DNA of 64,000 nt from the NCBI RefSeq assembly GCF_024298765.1, contig NZ_CP101210.1; one strand, given 5' to 3'. Of this stretch, positions 55,153 to 64,000 are shown piece by piece. The notes below the pieces were generated by a model that ran no database searches, was not told the DNA's origin, and saw only the letters and a list, made by a program, of their open reading frames with translations. A program made the position numbers and the translations under genes. Numbering within the stretch: the first letter of the stretch is position 1; every line of letters starts with the position of its first letter. This stretch comes from Escherichia coli (GTDB lineage: Bacteria > Pseudomonadota > Gammaproteobacteria > Enterobacterales > Enterobacteriaceae).

Positions 55153-56742
55153 TTAATGCTCGCGGGTCTGGTGGAACTGAACGTCTGGATAACGTTCCTG
55201 CGCCAGGCGCAGGTTGACCATGCTGGTAGCGATGTAAGCGAGGTTATCGCCGCCATCAAGCGCCAGTTGGCTTTCGTTCTTACGCTTGAACTCTTCGAAT
55301 TTCTTCGCGTCCGCACATTCTACCCAGCGGGCAGTGGCAACGTTGACTGACTCATACACTGCTTCAACGTTGTATTCGCTCTTCAGACGCGCTACCACCA
55401 CATCAAACTGCAGCACACCAACCGCACCAACGATCAGATCGTTGTTGGAGATCGGACGGAACACCTGCACCGCGCCCTCTTCGGAAAGCTGTACCAGCCC
55501 TTTAAGCAGCTGTTTTTGCTTCAGCGGATCTTTCAGGCGGATACGACGGAACAGTTCTGGCGCGAAGTTCGGAATACCGGTGAACTTCATCATCTCACCC
55601 TGGGTAAAGGTGTCGCCGATCTGAATGGTGCCGTGGTTGTGCAGACCAAGGATATCGCCAGGATACGCTTCTTCAACGTGCGAACGGTCACCCGCCATAA
55701 AGGTCAGCGCGTCGGAGATCACCACATCTTTCGCAGTACGCACCTGGCGCAGCTTCATGCCTTTTTCATATTTACCGGACACCACACGCATAAACGCCAC
55801 GCGGTCGCGGTGTTTCGGGTCCATGTTGGCCTGAATTTTAAATACGAAGCCGGTAAATTTGTCTTCGCTCGCCTCTACGGTACGGGTATCAGTCTGACGC
55901 GGCATCGGCGCAGGAGCCCACTCCACCAGGCCATCCAGCATATGATCAACGCCGAAGTTACCCAGCGCAGTACCGAAGAATACCGGAGTGATTTCGCCCG
56001 CAAGGAACAGCTCTTTGTCGAACTCGTTAGACGCGCCTTTCACCAGTTCCAGTTCGTCACGTAGCTGCTGTGCTAGATCTTCACCAACCGCAGCGTCGAG
56101 ATCCGGGTTATTCAGCCCTTTAACAATGCGGACTTCCTGAATCGTGTGGCCTTTACCGCTCTGATAGAGATAGGTTTCATCTTTATAAAGGTGGTAAACG
56201 CCTTTAAACAGCTTGCCGCAGCCAATCGGCCAGGTGATCGGTGCGCAGCCGATTTTCAGCTCGTTCTCAACTTCATCGAGCAGCTCCATCGGGTCGCGGA
56301 TATCACGGTCAAGTTTGTTCATAAAGGTGAGGATCGGCGTGTCGCGCAGACGGGTAACTTCCATCAGCTTACGGGTACGATCTTCAACACCTTTTGCGGC
56401 GTCGATAACCATCAGGCAGCAGTCCACCGCCGTCAGGGTACGATAGGTATCTTCCGAGAAGTCTTCGTGCCCCGGGGTGTCGAGCAGGTTAACCAGGCAA
56501 TCGTGATACGGAAACTGCATCACAGACGTAGTAATGGAGATCCCACGCTGCTTTTCCATCTCCATCCAGTCCGACTTAGCGTGCTGGTTGGAACCACGGC
56601 CTTTTACTGTACCGGCGGTCTGAATGGCCTGTCCGAACAGCAGCACCTTCTCGGTGATGGTAGTCTTACCGGCGTCCGGGTGAGAAATAATGGCAAAAGT
56701 GCGGCGCTTCGCCACCTCTTGCAAATAAGGAGACAACGTCAT
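55153..56742 (-). CDS. prfC: peptide chain release factor 3
   Basis: ORF 55153..56769; known start [37 protein letters not shown] at an internal ATG; 529 aa; GTPase G1-G4 motifs. Confidence 0.97.
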
Positions 56743-56832
56743 AATTCTTTCTTCTTGAGTAAGCGGCATCGCGCCGCGCTTGTTGAAAACGAAAAATTGC
56801 GGCTATTTTACCCATCAACGGGGGGGAGGCAA

Positions 56833-57510
56833 TCAGTGTTTACACAGGAGCTGCTCCAGTTCGTGCAACGAAGAAACGGTCCAGGTGGGCGCGATGCCTT
56901 CTGGTTGCTCGCGATTGTGCGCATTCAGCCAGCAGGTCGCAAGCCCGGCGTTGATGCCACCGAGAATATCGGACTCAGCTGTGTCGCCAACCATCAGCAC
57001 ACGCGAACGGTCAGGATTGCCTGCCTGTTCCAGCGCATAATCGAAAATTTTCTTATTCGGTTTGGCAACGCCAACTTCTTCGGAAATCACCAGCAAATCG
57101 AAATAATCACGCAGGCCCGTGCGTTCCAGACGCACTTGCTGCAAGGCGCTAAAGCCGTTGGTGATGATGCCAATTTTAGCGTTGCCACGAATGGCGTTAA
57201 GCAGAGAAACCGCGCCCGGCAGTGGCGTACAGATTTCCGCCATCGCATTAATAAAGGCTTCGTTGAGTTTACCCGGCTCGACGTTCAGCCGTTCGGCCCA
57301 GCTCTCAAACCGCCCGTGCTGAAGCTGTAATGAAGTGATCGCGCCGTTTTGATAATCCACCCACAGTGGCTTGTTAACGGCCTGATAGTCCTGAAAATCT
57401 TCAGCGGTAAAGGTGACGCTGTAATCAAGAAACATCCGCTGCAAGCCGGTGAATGAGTCAAAGGTAAACAGCGTTTCATCGGCATCAAAGAAAATCCAGT
57501 CCCACTTCAT
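56833..57510 (-). CDS. yjjG: HAD-family pyrimidine 5'-nucleotidase YjjG
   Basis: 225 aa [20 protein letters not shown]..., HAD motif I DxDxT. Confidence 0.92.
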   Translation of the reverse strand: MKWDWIFFDADETLFTFDSFTGLQRMFLDYSVTFTAEDFQDYQAVNKPLWVDYQNGAITSLQLQHGRFESWAERLNVEPGKLNEAFINAMAEICTPLPGAVSLLNAIRGNAKIGIITNGFSALQQVRLERTGLRDYFDLLVISEEVGVAKPNKKIFDYALEQAGNPDRSRVLMVGDTAESDILGGINAGLATCWLNAHNREQPEGIAPTWTVSSLHELEQLLCKH

Positions 57511-57524
57511 TATTCCACCTTGTC

Positions 57525-57971
57525 TTACATACTGATTGGCAACGCCATGATGATGGCGTCTTCGCGACCGTCCGTGGTGGGGTAGTAATTGCGGCGAATT
57601 GTCGCCTCGTTAAAGCCTAAACTTTCGTACAGGGCAATGGCGGCAGCGTTTGAAGCACGGACTTCCAGCCATAGCGTCGCCACGCCGCGTTTTTCCAGTT
57701 CGTCGATCAGATGTTCCAGCAGCGCCCTTCCCAATCCCTGACGCTGATAGTCAGGATCGACCGCAATATTGAACAATGTAGCTTCATCCAGCACCACTTG
57801 CGTAATCGCAAACGCCGCCATTTTGCCGTTTTGCGTTAACTGAAAGTTGAGATAACGCTCGCCCTGGTTGCTGGCAAAGGTTTTTTCACTCCACGGAAAG
57901 GCGTGGGCGCGTTGTTCAATGTGGTAAGCCGCTGGTAAATCAGTCGTTTCGAGGGAAGAAATCGTGTTCAT
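57525..57971 (-). CDS. rimI: ribosomal protein S18-alanine N-acetyltransferase
   Basis: 148 aa [42 protein letters not shown]..., GNAT fold. Confidence 0.95.
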   Translation of the reverse strand: MNTISSLETTDLPAAYHIEQRAHAFPWSEKTFASNQGERYLNFQLTQNGKMAAFAITQVVLDEATLFNIAVDPDYQRQGLGRALLEHLIDELEKRGVATLWLEVRASNAAAIALYESLGFNEATIRRNYYPTTDGREDAIIMALPISM

Positions 57972-58353
57972 ATGTGCAAATTTGTTGCCATAACGCGGCG
58001 CGTGCCGTTGGGTTTGCCCGTAATTCGGTGAGCGCCGGTGATGCCACCTGAGCGCCTTCCAGTGATAGCGGTTCGTCAGTACCCAACCGCCAGCTGTTGC
58101 AGCGACTGCCTTGCGGCAGCATCGCGATTTTTTCTGGCGTCAGTTGCAGCACTTGATCGGGGCTGACGGTTAACGCGCGCAGAACATCGCTCACTATAGG
58201 ATCGGTCAGGGCGGGAAGATCGTTTGCCACCATCACCAGACGGACGTGTGCCGGGATCGCAATGGCAATCTCCCCCTGCAACGCGCCAGGGCGACGCAGC
58301 GACCACTGGGTAATGCCCAGTTGCTGTAACTGCCAGTCTCGTCGGGATGTCAT
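57940..58353 (-). CDS. holD: DNA polymerase III psi subunit
   Basis: 137 aa MTSRRDWQLQQLGITQWSLRRPGALQGEIAIAIPAHVRLVMVAND...; overlaps rimI by 32 nt. Confidence 0.94.
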   Translation of the reverse strand: MTSRRDWQLQQLGITQWSLRRPGALQGEIAIAIPAHVRLVMVANDLPALTDPIVSDVLRALTVSPDQVLQLTPEKIAMLPQGSRCNSWRLGTDEPLSLEGAQVASPALTELRANPTARAALWQQICTYEHDFFPRND

Positions 58354-58455
58354 AGCGAATCGCTCCTGTTGTCAGGGGCGCAAATATAGCAAATTCGTCG
58401 ATACCGCGCCAACATATGGCTATAATCGCCGCCAGTATTAATTGAGGAGCATTCC

Positions 58456-59487
58456 ATGTCTGCATTTACCCCGGCAAGTGAAGTCTTGCTGCGTCACAGT
58501 GATGATTTCGAACAAAGCCGTATTCTTTTTGCCGGAGACTTACAGGATGACCTGCCCGCGCGTTTAGATACCGCGGCCAGCCGTGCTCATACCCAGCAAT
58601 TCCACCACTGGCAGGTGTTAAGCCGCCAGATGGGGGATAACGCCCGTTTTAGTCTGGTCGCCACGGCGGATGATGTCGCAGATTGCGATACGCTGATTTA
58701 CTACTGGCCGAAGAACAAACCGGAAGCCCAGTTCCAGTTGATGAATTTACTTTCTCTGCTGCCAGTGGGCACGGATATTTTTGTCGTTGGCGAGAACCGC
58801 AGCGGCGTGCGCAGCGCCGAGCAGATGCTGTCAGATTATGCGCCGTTGAATAAAATGGACAGCGCTCGTCGCTGTGGCCTCTATTTTGGTCGTCTGGAAA
58901 AACAGCCAGTATTTGATGCCGATAAATTCTGGGGCGAATACAGCGTCGATGGCCTGACGGTCAAAACGCTGCCTGGCGTGTTTAGCCGCGACGGTCTGGA
59001 TGTCGGTAGCCAGTTGCTGCTCTCGACGTTAACCCCGCACACGAAAGGTAAAGTGCTGGATGTCGGCTGTGGCGCGGGCGTACTTTCGGTTGCCTTTGCG
59101 CGCCATTCGCCGAAAATTCGTCTCACTCTGTGCGATGTCTCTGCACCAGCGGTAGAAGCCAGCCGCGCAACACTTGCGGCCAACGGTGTTGAAGGTGAAG
59201 TCTTTGCCAGTAACGTCTTTTCCGAGGTGAAAGGTCGTTTTGATATGATCATCTCCAACCCGCCGTTCCACGATGGGATGCAAACCAGCCTGGATGCCGC
59301 GCAAACGCTGATTCGCGGCGCGGTGCGTCATCTTAATAGCGGCGGCGAGCTGCGAATTGTAGCGAACGCCTTCCTGCCTTATCCGGACGTGCTGGATGAG
59401 ACATTTGGCTTCCACGAAGTGATCGCGCAAACCGGGCGCTTCAAGGTGTATCGCGCCATTATGACCCGCCAGGCGAAGAAAGGTTGA
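58456..59487 (+). CDS. rsmC: 16S rRNA (guanine1207-N2)-methyltransferase RsmC
   Basis: 343 aa [38 protein letters not shown]..., SAM motif [12 protein letters not shown]. Confidence 0.95.
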   Translation: MSAFTPASEVLLRHSDDFEQSRILFAGDLQDDLPARLDTAASRAHTQQFHHWQVLSRQMGDNARFSLVATADDVADCDTLIYYWPKNKPEAQFQLMNLLSLLPVGTDIFVVGENRSGVRSAEQMLSDYAPLNKMDSARRCGLYFGRLEKQPVFDADKFWGEYSVDGLTVKTLPGVFSRDGLDVGSQLLLSTLTPHTKGKVLDVGCGAGVLSVAFARHSPKIRLTLCDVSAPAVEASRATLAANGVEGEVFASNVFSEVKGRFDMIISNPPFHDGMQTSLDAAQTLIRGAVRHLNSGGELRIVANAFLPYPDVLDETFGFHEVIAQTGRFKVYRAIMTRQAKKG

Positions 59488-59627
59488 GTATCTGATATAT
59501 GTCGCCGCATACCGTGTCGGATGCGGCGTACACGCCTTATCTGACCGACAAACGAATTATCCACAATCCGCTGATGGACATTTTTCCAGCAATTACACCT
59601 CTGTCGATAATTAACTATTGACGAAAA

Positions 59628-59655
59628 GCTGAAAACCACTAGAATGCGCCTCCGT
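59628..59655 (+). promoter_or_regulatory. sigma-70 promoter of the tRNA-Leu operon
   Basis: TTGACG, 16-nt spacer, TAGAAT, then GC-rich discriminator gcgcctccg, about 30 nt upstream of the first tRNA. Confidence 0.55.
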
Positions 59656-59686
59656 GGTAGCAATTCTTTTTAAGAATTGACGGTAT

Positions 59687-59773
59687 GCGAAGGTGGCGGA
59701 ATTGGTAGACGCGCTAGCTTCAGGTGTTAGTGTCCTTACGGACGTGGGGGTTCAAGTCCCCCCCCTCGCACCA
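59687..59773 (+). tRNA. leuQ: tRNA-Leu (anticodon CAG)
   Basis: 87-nt gcgaaggtggcggaattggtagacgcgctagcttcaggtgttagtgtccttacggacgtgggggttcaagtcccccccctcgcacca with CCA end and long variable arm; copy name assigned by operon order. Confidence 0.93.
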
Positions 59774-59801
59774 AAAACCACGTTGATATTGCTCGCACTG
59801 G

Positions 59802-59888
59802 GCGAAGGTGGCGGAATTGGTAGACGCGCTAGCTTCAGGTGTTAGTGTTCTTACGGACGTGGGGGTTCAAGTCCCCCCCCTCGCACCA
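59802..59888 (+). tRNA. leuP: tRNA-Leu (anticodon CAG)
   Basis: Second 87-nt copy; differs from the flanking copies by one base in the variable arm (gtgttc versus gtgtcc). Confidence 0.92.
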
Positions 59889-59922
59889 AACGAGGCAATA
59901 TCAAAAAAAGTAAGATGACTGT

Positions 59923-60009
59923 GCGAAGGTGGCGGAATTGGTAGACGCGCTAGCTTCAGGTGTTAGTGTCCTTACGGACGTGGGGGTTCAAGTCCCCCCC
60001 CTCGCACCA
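59923..60009 (+). tRNA. leuV: tRNA-Leu (anticodon CAG)
   Basis: Third 87-nt copy, identical to the first; coordinates cross-checked against the overlapping spurious ORF 59929..60123. Confidence 0.93.
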
Positions 60010-60047
60010 ATTATCTTTACTTCCTTTCTTGTTTCTTCCCTGTTTTA

Positions 60048-60284
60048 TCATCCCTGCTTCAAATTCATTATCATCAGCATGATGCCAGCAATAAGCGCCA
60101 GGCACGATGGCAGCAAAACGTAATGCCGCAACTGTTTGTGATACAGCATCACCGGCGTCAATACTAATCCCATCAGAATGATAATCCGCCATTGATCCGG
60201 CGATAAATCCGCATACATCAGCCCTGCAATCAGCAATCCCGGCAGCAACACTCCCCAGCCACTGCCCAGCGTACGTTGCAACAT
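60048..60284 (-). CDS. yjjZ: small membrane protein YjjZ (DUF1435)
   Basis: ORF 60048..60395; likely start MLQRTLGSGWGVLLPGLLIAGLMYADLSPDQWRIIILMGLVLTPVML; 78 aa. Confidence 0.8.
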   Translation of the reverse strand: MLQRTLGSGWGVLLPGLLIAGLMYADLSPDQWRIIILMGLVLTPVMLYHKQLRHYVLLPSCLALIAGIMLMIMNLKQG

Positions 60285-60300
60285 GGTTTCATCTCTTTCA

Positions 60301-60345
60301 TTGATAATGATAACCAATATCATATGATAATTTTTATCATTTGCA
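60301..60345. promoter_or_regulatory. Fur boxes in the fhuF promoter region
   Basis: ttgataatgataaccaatatcatatgataatttttatcatt matches the Fur consensus GATAATGATAATCATTATC. Confidence 0.7.
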
Positions 60346-60424
60346 AGCCAGAGAAATCCCTTGCTATCGGGTAAACCTATCGCTAGGATTAGCAATCATT
60401 ATCATTTAGATTACTATCACGATT

Positions 60425-61213
60425 ATGGCCTATCGTTCCGCACCGCTCTATGAAGATGTTATCTGGCGAACGCATCTCCAGCCGCAGGATGCTGGGCTTG
60501 CACAAGCCGTACGGGCGACGATCGCCGAACATCGTGAACATTTGCTGGAGTTTATCCGTCTGGATGAACCCGCACCGCTCCGTGCCATGACGCTGGCGCA
60601 ATGGTCATCACCGAATACGCTAAGTTCTCAACTGGCGGTCTATTCCGATCATATCTACCGCAACCAACCCTTGATGATCCGCGAGAACAAACCGCTGATC
60701 TCACTATGGGCACAATGGTATATCGGCCTGATGGTGCCACCATTAATGTTGGCGCTGCTGACGCAGGAAAAAGCATTAGATGTGTCGCCGGAACATTTCC
60801 ACGTTGAGTTTCACGAAACCGGACGCGCCGCCTGTTTCTGGGTCGATGTGTGTGAAGATAAAAACGCAACACTACATTCGCCGCAGCAGCGAATGGAAAC
60901 GTTAATCAGCCAGGCGCTTGTTCCGGTAGTGCAGGCATTAGAAGCGACGGGAGAGATCAACGGCAAACTTATCTGGAGCAATACCGGTTATTTGATCAAC
61001 TGGTATCTGACTGAGATGAAACAGCTGCTTGGCGAGGCGACGGTTGAATCGCTGCGCCATGCCCTCTTTTTTGAGAAAATGCTCACGAACGGTGAAGATA
61101 ATCCACTCTGGCGTACCGTGGTACTGCGCGACGGCCTGCTGGTGCGCCGCACTTGCTGCCAGCGTTATCGCTTACCGGATGTGCAGCAATGTGGCGATTG
61201 TACGCTGAAATGA
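60425..61213 (+). CDS. fhuF: ferric-siderophore reductase FhuF (2Fe-2S)
   Basis: 262 aa MAYRSAPLYEDVIWRTHLQPQDAGLAQAV... with C-terminal CCQRYRLPDVQQCGDC cluster motif. Confidence 0.95.
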   Translation: MAYRSAPLYEDVIWRTHLQPQDAGLAQAVRATIAEHREHLLEFIRLDEPAPLRAMTLAQWSSPNTLSSQLAVYSDHIYRNQPLMIRENKPLISLWAQWYIGLMVPPLMLALLTQEKALDVSPEHFHVEFHETGRAACFWVDVCEDKNATLHSPQQRMETLISQALVPVVQALEATGEINGKLIWSNTGYLINWYLTEMKQLLGEATVESLRHALFFEKMLTNGEDNPLWRTVVLRDGLLVRRTCCQRYRLPDVQQCGDCTLK

Positions 61214-61249
61214 AGCACTGCCGGGGAAGTAAACCCGGCATCATGTGGA

Positions 61250-61927
61250 TTAATAGGGATGCAACACATTACTTGCTTCGCAATGCCGCATACATAACAG
61301 AATATCTGCGGCCTCCAACAACCCTGCATCAGAACTGACGCCCAGTTTCGACATTACATTAAATTTATGCGCGCGGATCGTTTTGATATTGCGTTTAAGC
61401 TGCTCGGCAATTTGTGTCATTGAGTAGCCACGCGACATAAAGCGCAATATTTCTCTCTCCGTCGGGCTTAGCGTCCGGCTTTGGTTAATGTACCACTGAT
61501 TGTTCAGTCGGTCGGTCGCCTGACGCACACCATTTAATGACAAAAAGAGTTCCTGATGAAAAATCTCCAGCGTCGACGCTTTACTTAATACACCGTCCAG
61601 CGGTGATGGCGACAATGAACCAATCAGCCGAGCTTCAATATCATCATCCGCAATAACTAAACGTCGGGTACGCGGAAACTTAATCGCCAGTTCAGTCAGG
61701 CAAGATAATCCCTCTCTGCGTTTACTTCTCATGGCAGAAAAAGAAAAAATGACCGCCGCAAACGAGATCCGCGACATGGCATCCTGAAATGACTCCTGAC
61801 TGGTATAGATATGGAGCTTATAAGGGTTACCTGCAAACTTTCTGAATAAACTCTCAATACCGATACTGCTCATGACGCATTTTTCTATGAGTGCGACATT
61901 TCTCTTCTTAATTCGGCTGTGTTCCAT
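61250..61927 (-). CDS. bglJ: LuxR-family transcriptional regulator BglJ
   Basis: 225 aa with C-terminal LuxR-type HTH ([45 protein letters not shown]). Confidence 0.9.
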
Positions 61928-62610
61928 TCTGCGGCATCTCCATAAACAGAAGGCAAGTTAAGTTCTCTTGCACCCTGCGCGCTATTTATCCATGCATACA
62001 TTTCAGCGTTACTGTGAATTGCCAGTCGACGCATCGCACTGTTTTTTTGGGCGCTGATAGTTTTATTACTTTTCTTAAGCAATGAAGCTATCTGGTTGAT
62101 GCCCCATCCTTTACCTAATAGCCGCAGTACCTTGCGCTCTGAAAGAGTGAGAATGACTGAGCGATAGCTAAAATCATGAGTTTCAGTCATTGCCGGAGAG
62201 GTCAGCATGGCGCTGATACGCTCTGCGTGCGTATTGCCGGAACGTACGGTCTTGACCAGATTCTCAATGGGTTCAACATCAGACAATAACGTCGCCGTAG
62301 GGCACATGAGCAATTCTACTGCCTGGGAATACCAGGAGCGTGACACCATGAAAACCCAGTGAATTTCCCGATATTGTGAGATTAAAGAGTAATAATGCTC
62401 ACAAACGGAACGTGGATCTTCACTTTCACCGGCCAAATCAGCAATGACTAATCCGGAACGACGTAATTGTAATAAGGTAAGGTCCTCCGCAGAGGCGCTG
62501 GATATTATTTCATATTCAGGGAAGTGAGTCCTCATGACCTCTTTTAACCCTGCTTGCATAACAGGTATTTTACTGATAACAATTCCATTTTTGCAGCATC
62601 CTGGCAACAT
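61885..62610 (-). CDS. yjjQ: LuxR-family transcriptional regulator YjjQ
   Basis: 241 aa with C-terminal LuxR-type HTH ([41 protein letters not shown]); overlaps bglJ by 43 nt. Confidence 0.9.
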
Positions 62611-63229
62611 ATTTCCTCCACATCCACTGTCTAAAAATCATGATGGTTTATTCAAGGTATTCATTCCTTAAATATTCTCAGCAAATTAATAGATTAAGTG
62701 AATAAATTATCCTTAGCATTCACTTTCATATCAGCATACTCCTGCTGCACAACAACTCCACTGCATGTGTCAGAAGGTTAGCATCAAATGATAACCTGGT
62801 GAAATAGCCTGGAGACATTTAAAATATCTACATTAAGTTGTTAGAAATACTTAATGAAAAACAGAGATCTCATTCATTTAATTTATAATTAAATGATATC
62901 TCTTCCCGCAGAATGCGGGAATCACACAATCAATATTTATTCAATAAAATCTGATGGTTTTAACTTGTTAACATTAAAAAACGCGCCCAGCTATCTATTA
63001 TCCTGACTCGTAAAGGCCAAATAACAAATTCATTATAGTGATAATATTCATGCGATAGTTTGTTTACGGCGAGAGATAATTCGCTTTTTATCACCGAGCA
63101 TCTCCCGATAACCAGGATTAATCAGCGCAATTTTGATCTTAACCTACCGCAAAACAACCGTGCTTCATGATACAAATGGATTCTCATTAACTGAACAATA
63201 CGCAGCACGTCTATGACAAAGGGCGAGTT

Positions 63230-64000
63230 ATGCAAACTGAGCAACAGCGAGCCGTAACACGGCTTTGTATCCAGTGTGGATTATTTCTTTTGCAACATGG
63301 TGCGGAAAGCGCGTTGGTTGATGAGCTTTCCTCACGACTGGGTCGGGCGTTGGGAATGGACAGCGTCGAAAGTTCTATCTCTTCGAACGCCATCGTGCTG
63401 ACAACCATTAAAGATGGGCAATGCCTGACATCGACACGTAAAAATCACGATCGCGGCATTAATATGCATGTGGTGACTGAAGTCCAGCACATTGTAATTC
63501 TGGCGGAGCATCATCTGCTGGATTACAAAGGCGTAGAGAAACGATTTAGCCAAATTCAGCCATTACGTTACCCAAGATGGCTGGTAGCCTTAATGGTTGG
63601 CCTTTCCTGCGCCTGTTTCTGTAAACTCAATAAAGGTGGCTGGGATGGTGCCGTCATCACCTTCCTGGCCAGTACGGCCGCGATGTATATCCGCCAGCTG
63701 CTGGCACAACGTCATCTTCATCCACAGATCAACTTTTGCCTCACCGCTTTCGCCGCCACCACCATTTCCGGATTGCTTTTGCAACTTCCCACTTTCAGCA
63801 ATACCCCCACCATTGCGATGGCCGCCAGCGTTCTGCTGCTGGTGCCGGGTTTTCCGTTGATTAATGCCGTCGCCGATATGTTTAAAGGCCACATCAATAC
63901 CGGACTGGCACGCTGGGCGATCGCCAGTCTGCTGACACTGGCTACCTGCGTCGGCGTCGTGATGGCACTGACGATTTGGGGGCTACGCGGATGGGTGTGA
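63230..64000 (+). CDS. yjjP: ThrE-family inner membrane protein YjjP, 5' portion; runs off the window end
   Basis: [47 protein letters not shown]...; no stop before the window end. Confidence 0.88.
   Translation: MQTEQQRAVTRLCIQCGLFLLQHGAESALVDELSSRLGRALGMDSVESSISSNAIVLTTIKDGQCLTSTRKNHDRGINMHVVTEVQHIVILAEHHLLDYKGVEKRFSQIQPLRYPRWLVALMVGLSCACFCKLNKGGWDGAVITFLASTAAMYIRQLLAQRHLHPQINFCLTAFAATTISGLLLQLPTFSNTPTIAMAASVLLLVPGFPLINAVADMFKGHINTGLARWAIASLLTLATCVGVVMALTIWGLRGWV

Noticed and set aside
56146-57330. 394-aa plus-strand ORF
   Set aside because: Antisense to prfC and yjjG; no recognisable motifs.
59687-60009. Three direct repeats of about 87 bp with 28-30 bp spacers, considered as a repeat array or mobile element
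   Set aside because: Each unit is a complete tRNA-Leu(CAG) with CCA end; this is the normal tandem tRNA operon.
62611-63229. 619-bp AT-rich gap between yjjQ and yjjP, examined for a hidden small gene or insertion remnant
   Set aside because: No ORF with plausible start context; AT-rich composition and a single hairpin (ttcccgcagaatgcgggaa) fit a silenced regulatory region upstream of the yjjQ-bglJ operon.

Overview
This window is an Escherichia coli chromosomal segment, reverse-complemented relative to the usual K-12 MG1655 numbering, that runs across the conventional coordinate origin. In window order it covers rihC(5' part)-ispH-fkpB-lspA-ileS-ribF-rpsT-nhaR-nhaA-mokC/hokC-dnaJ-dnaK-yaaI-mbiA-satP-mog-talB-yaaJ-yaaA-yaaX-thrCBA-thrL, then lasT-yjjY-arcA-creDCBA-rob-gpmB-yjjX-trpR-slt-ettA-nadR-radA-serB-smp-lplA-deoDBAC-yjjI-yjjW-yjjV-yjjU-ytjA-osmY-prfC-yjjG-rimI-holD-rsmC-three tRNA-Leu-yjjZ-fhuF-bglJ-yjjQ-yjjP(5' part). 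Almost all of it is conserved core genome, gene-dense with short intergenic gaps, and I found no large unexplained island, CRISPR array, prophage or IS element. The most notable accessory content is a two-gene type II toxin-antitoxin module (HigB-2-like toxin plus HTH antitoxin) between nadR and ettA. Other departures from the K-12 arrangement, judged from memory and not by alignment, are: no IS1 between nhaR and rpsT; no IS186 next to hokC, so the hok/mok locus looks uninterrupted; and only a small HTH ORF between lplA and deoD, where I recall K-12 carrying the HipA-like kinase gene yjjJ. Several intergenic repeat elements (REP/BIME, ERIC, BoxC-like) are present. Gene identities come from recognising the translated ORFs; CDS coordinates follow the supplied ORF track with starts trimmed where the known N-terminus is internal. 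Coordinates of non-coding features were counted by hand and may be off by a few nucleotides. No database search was run.
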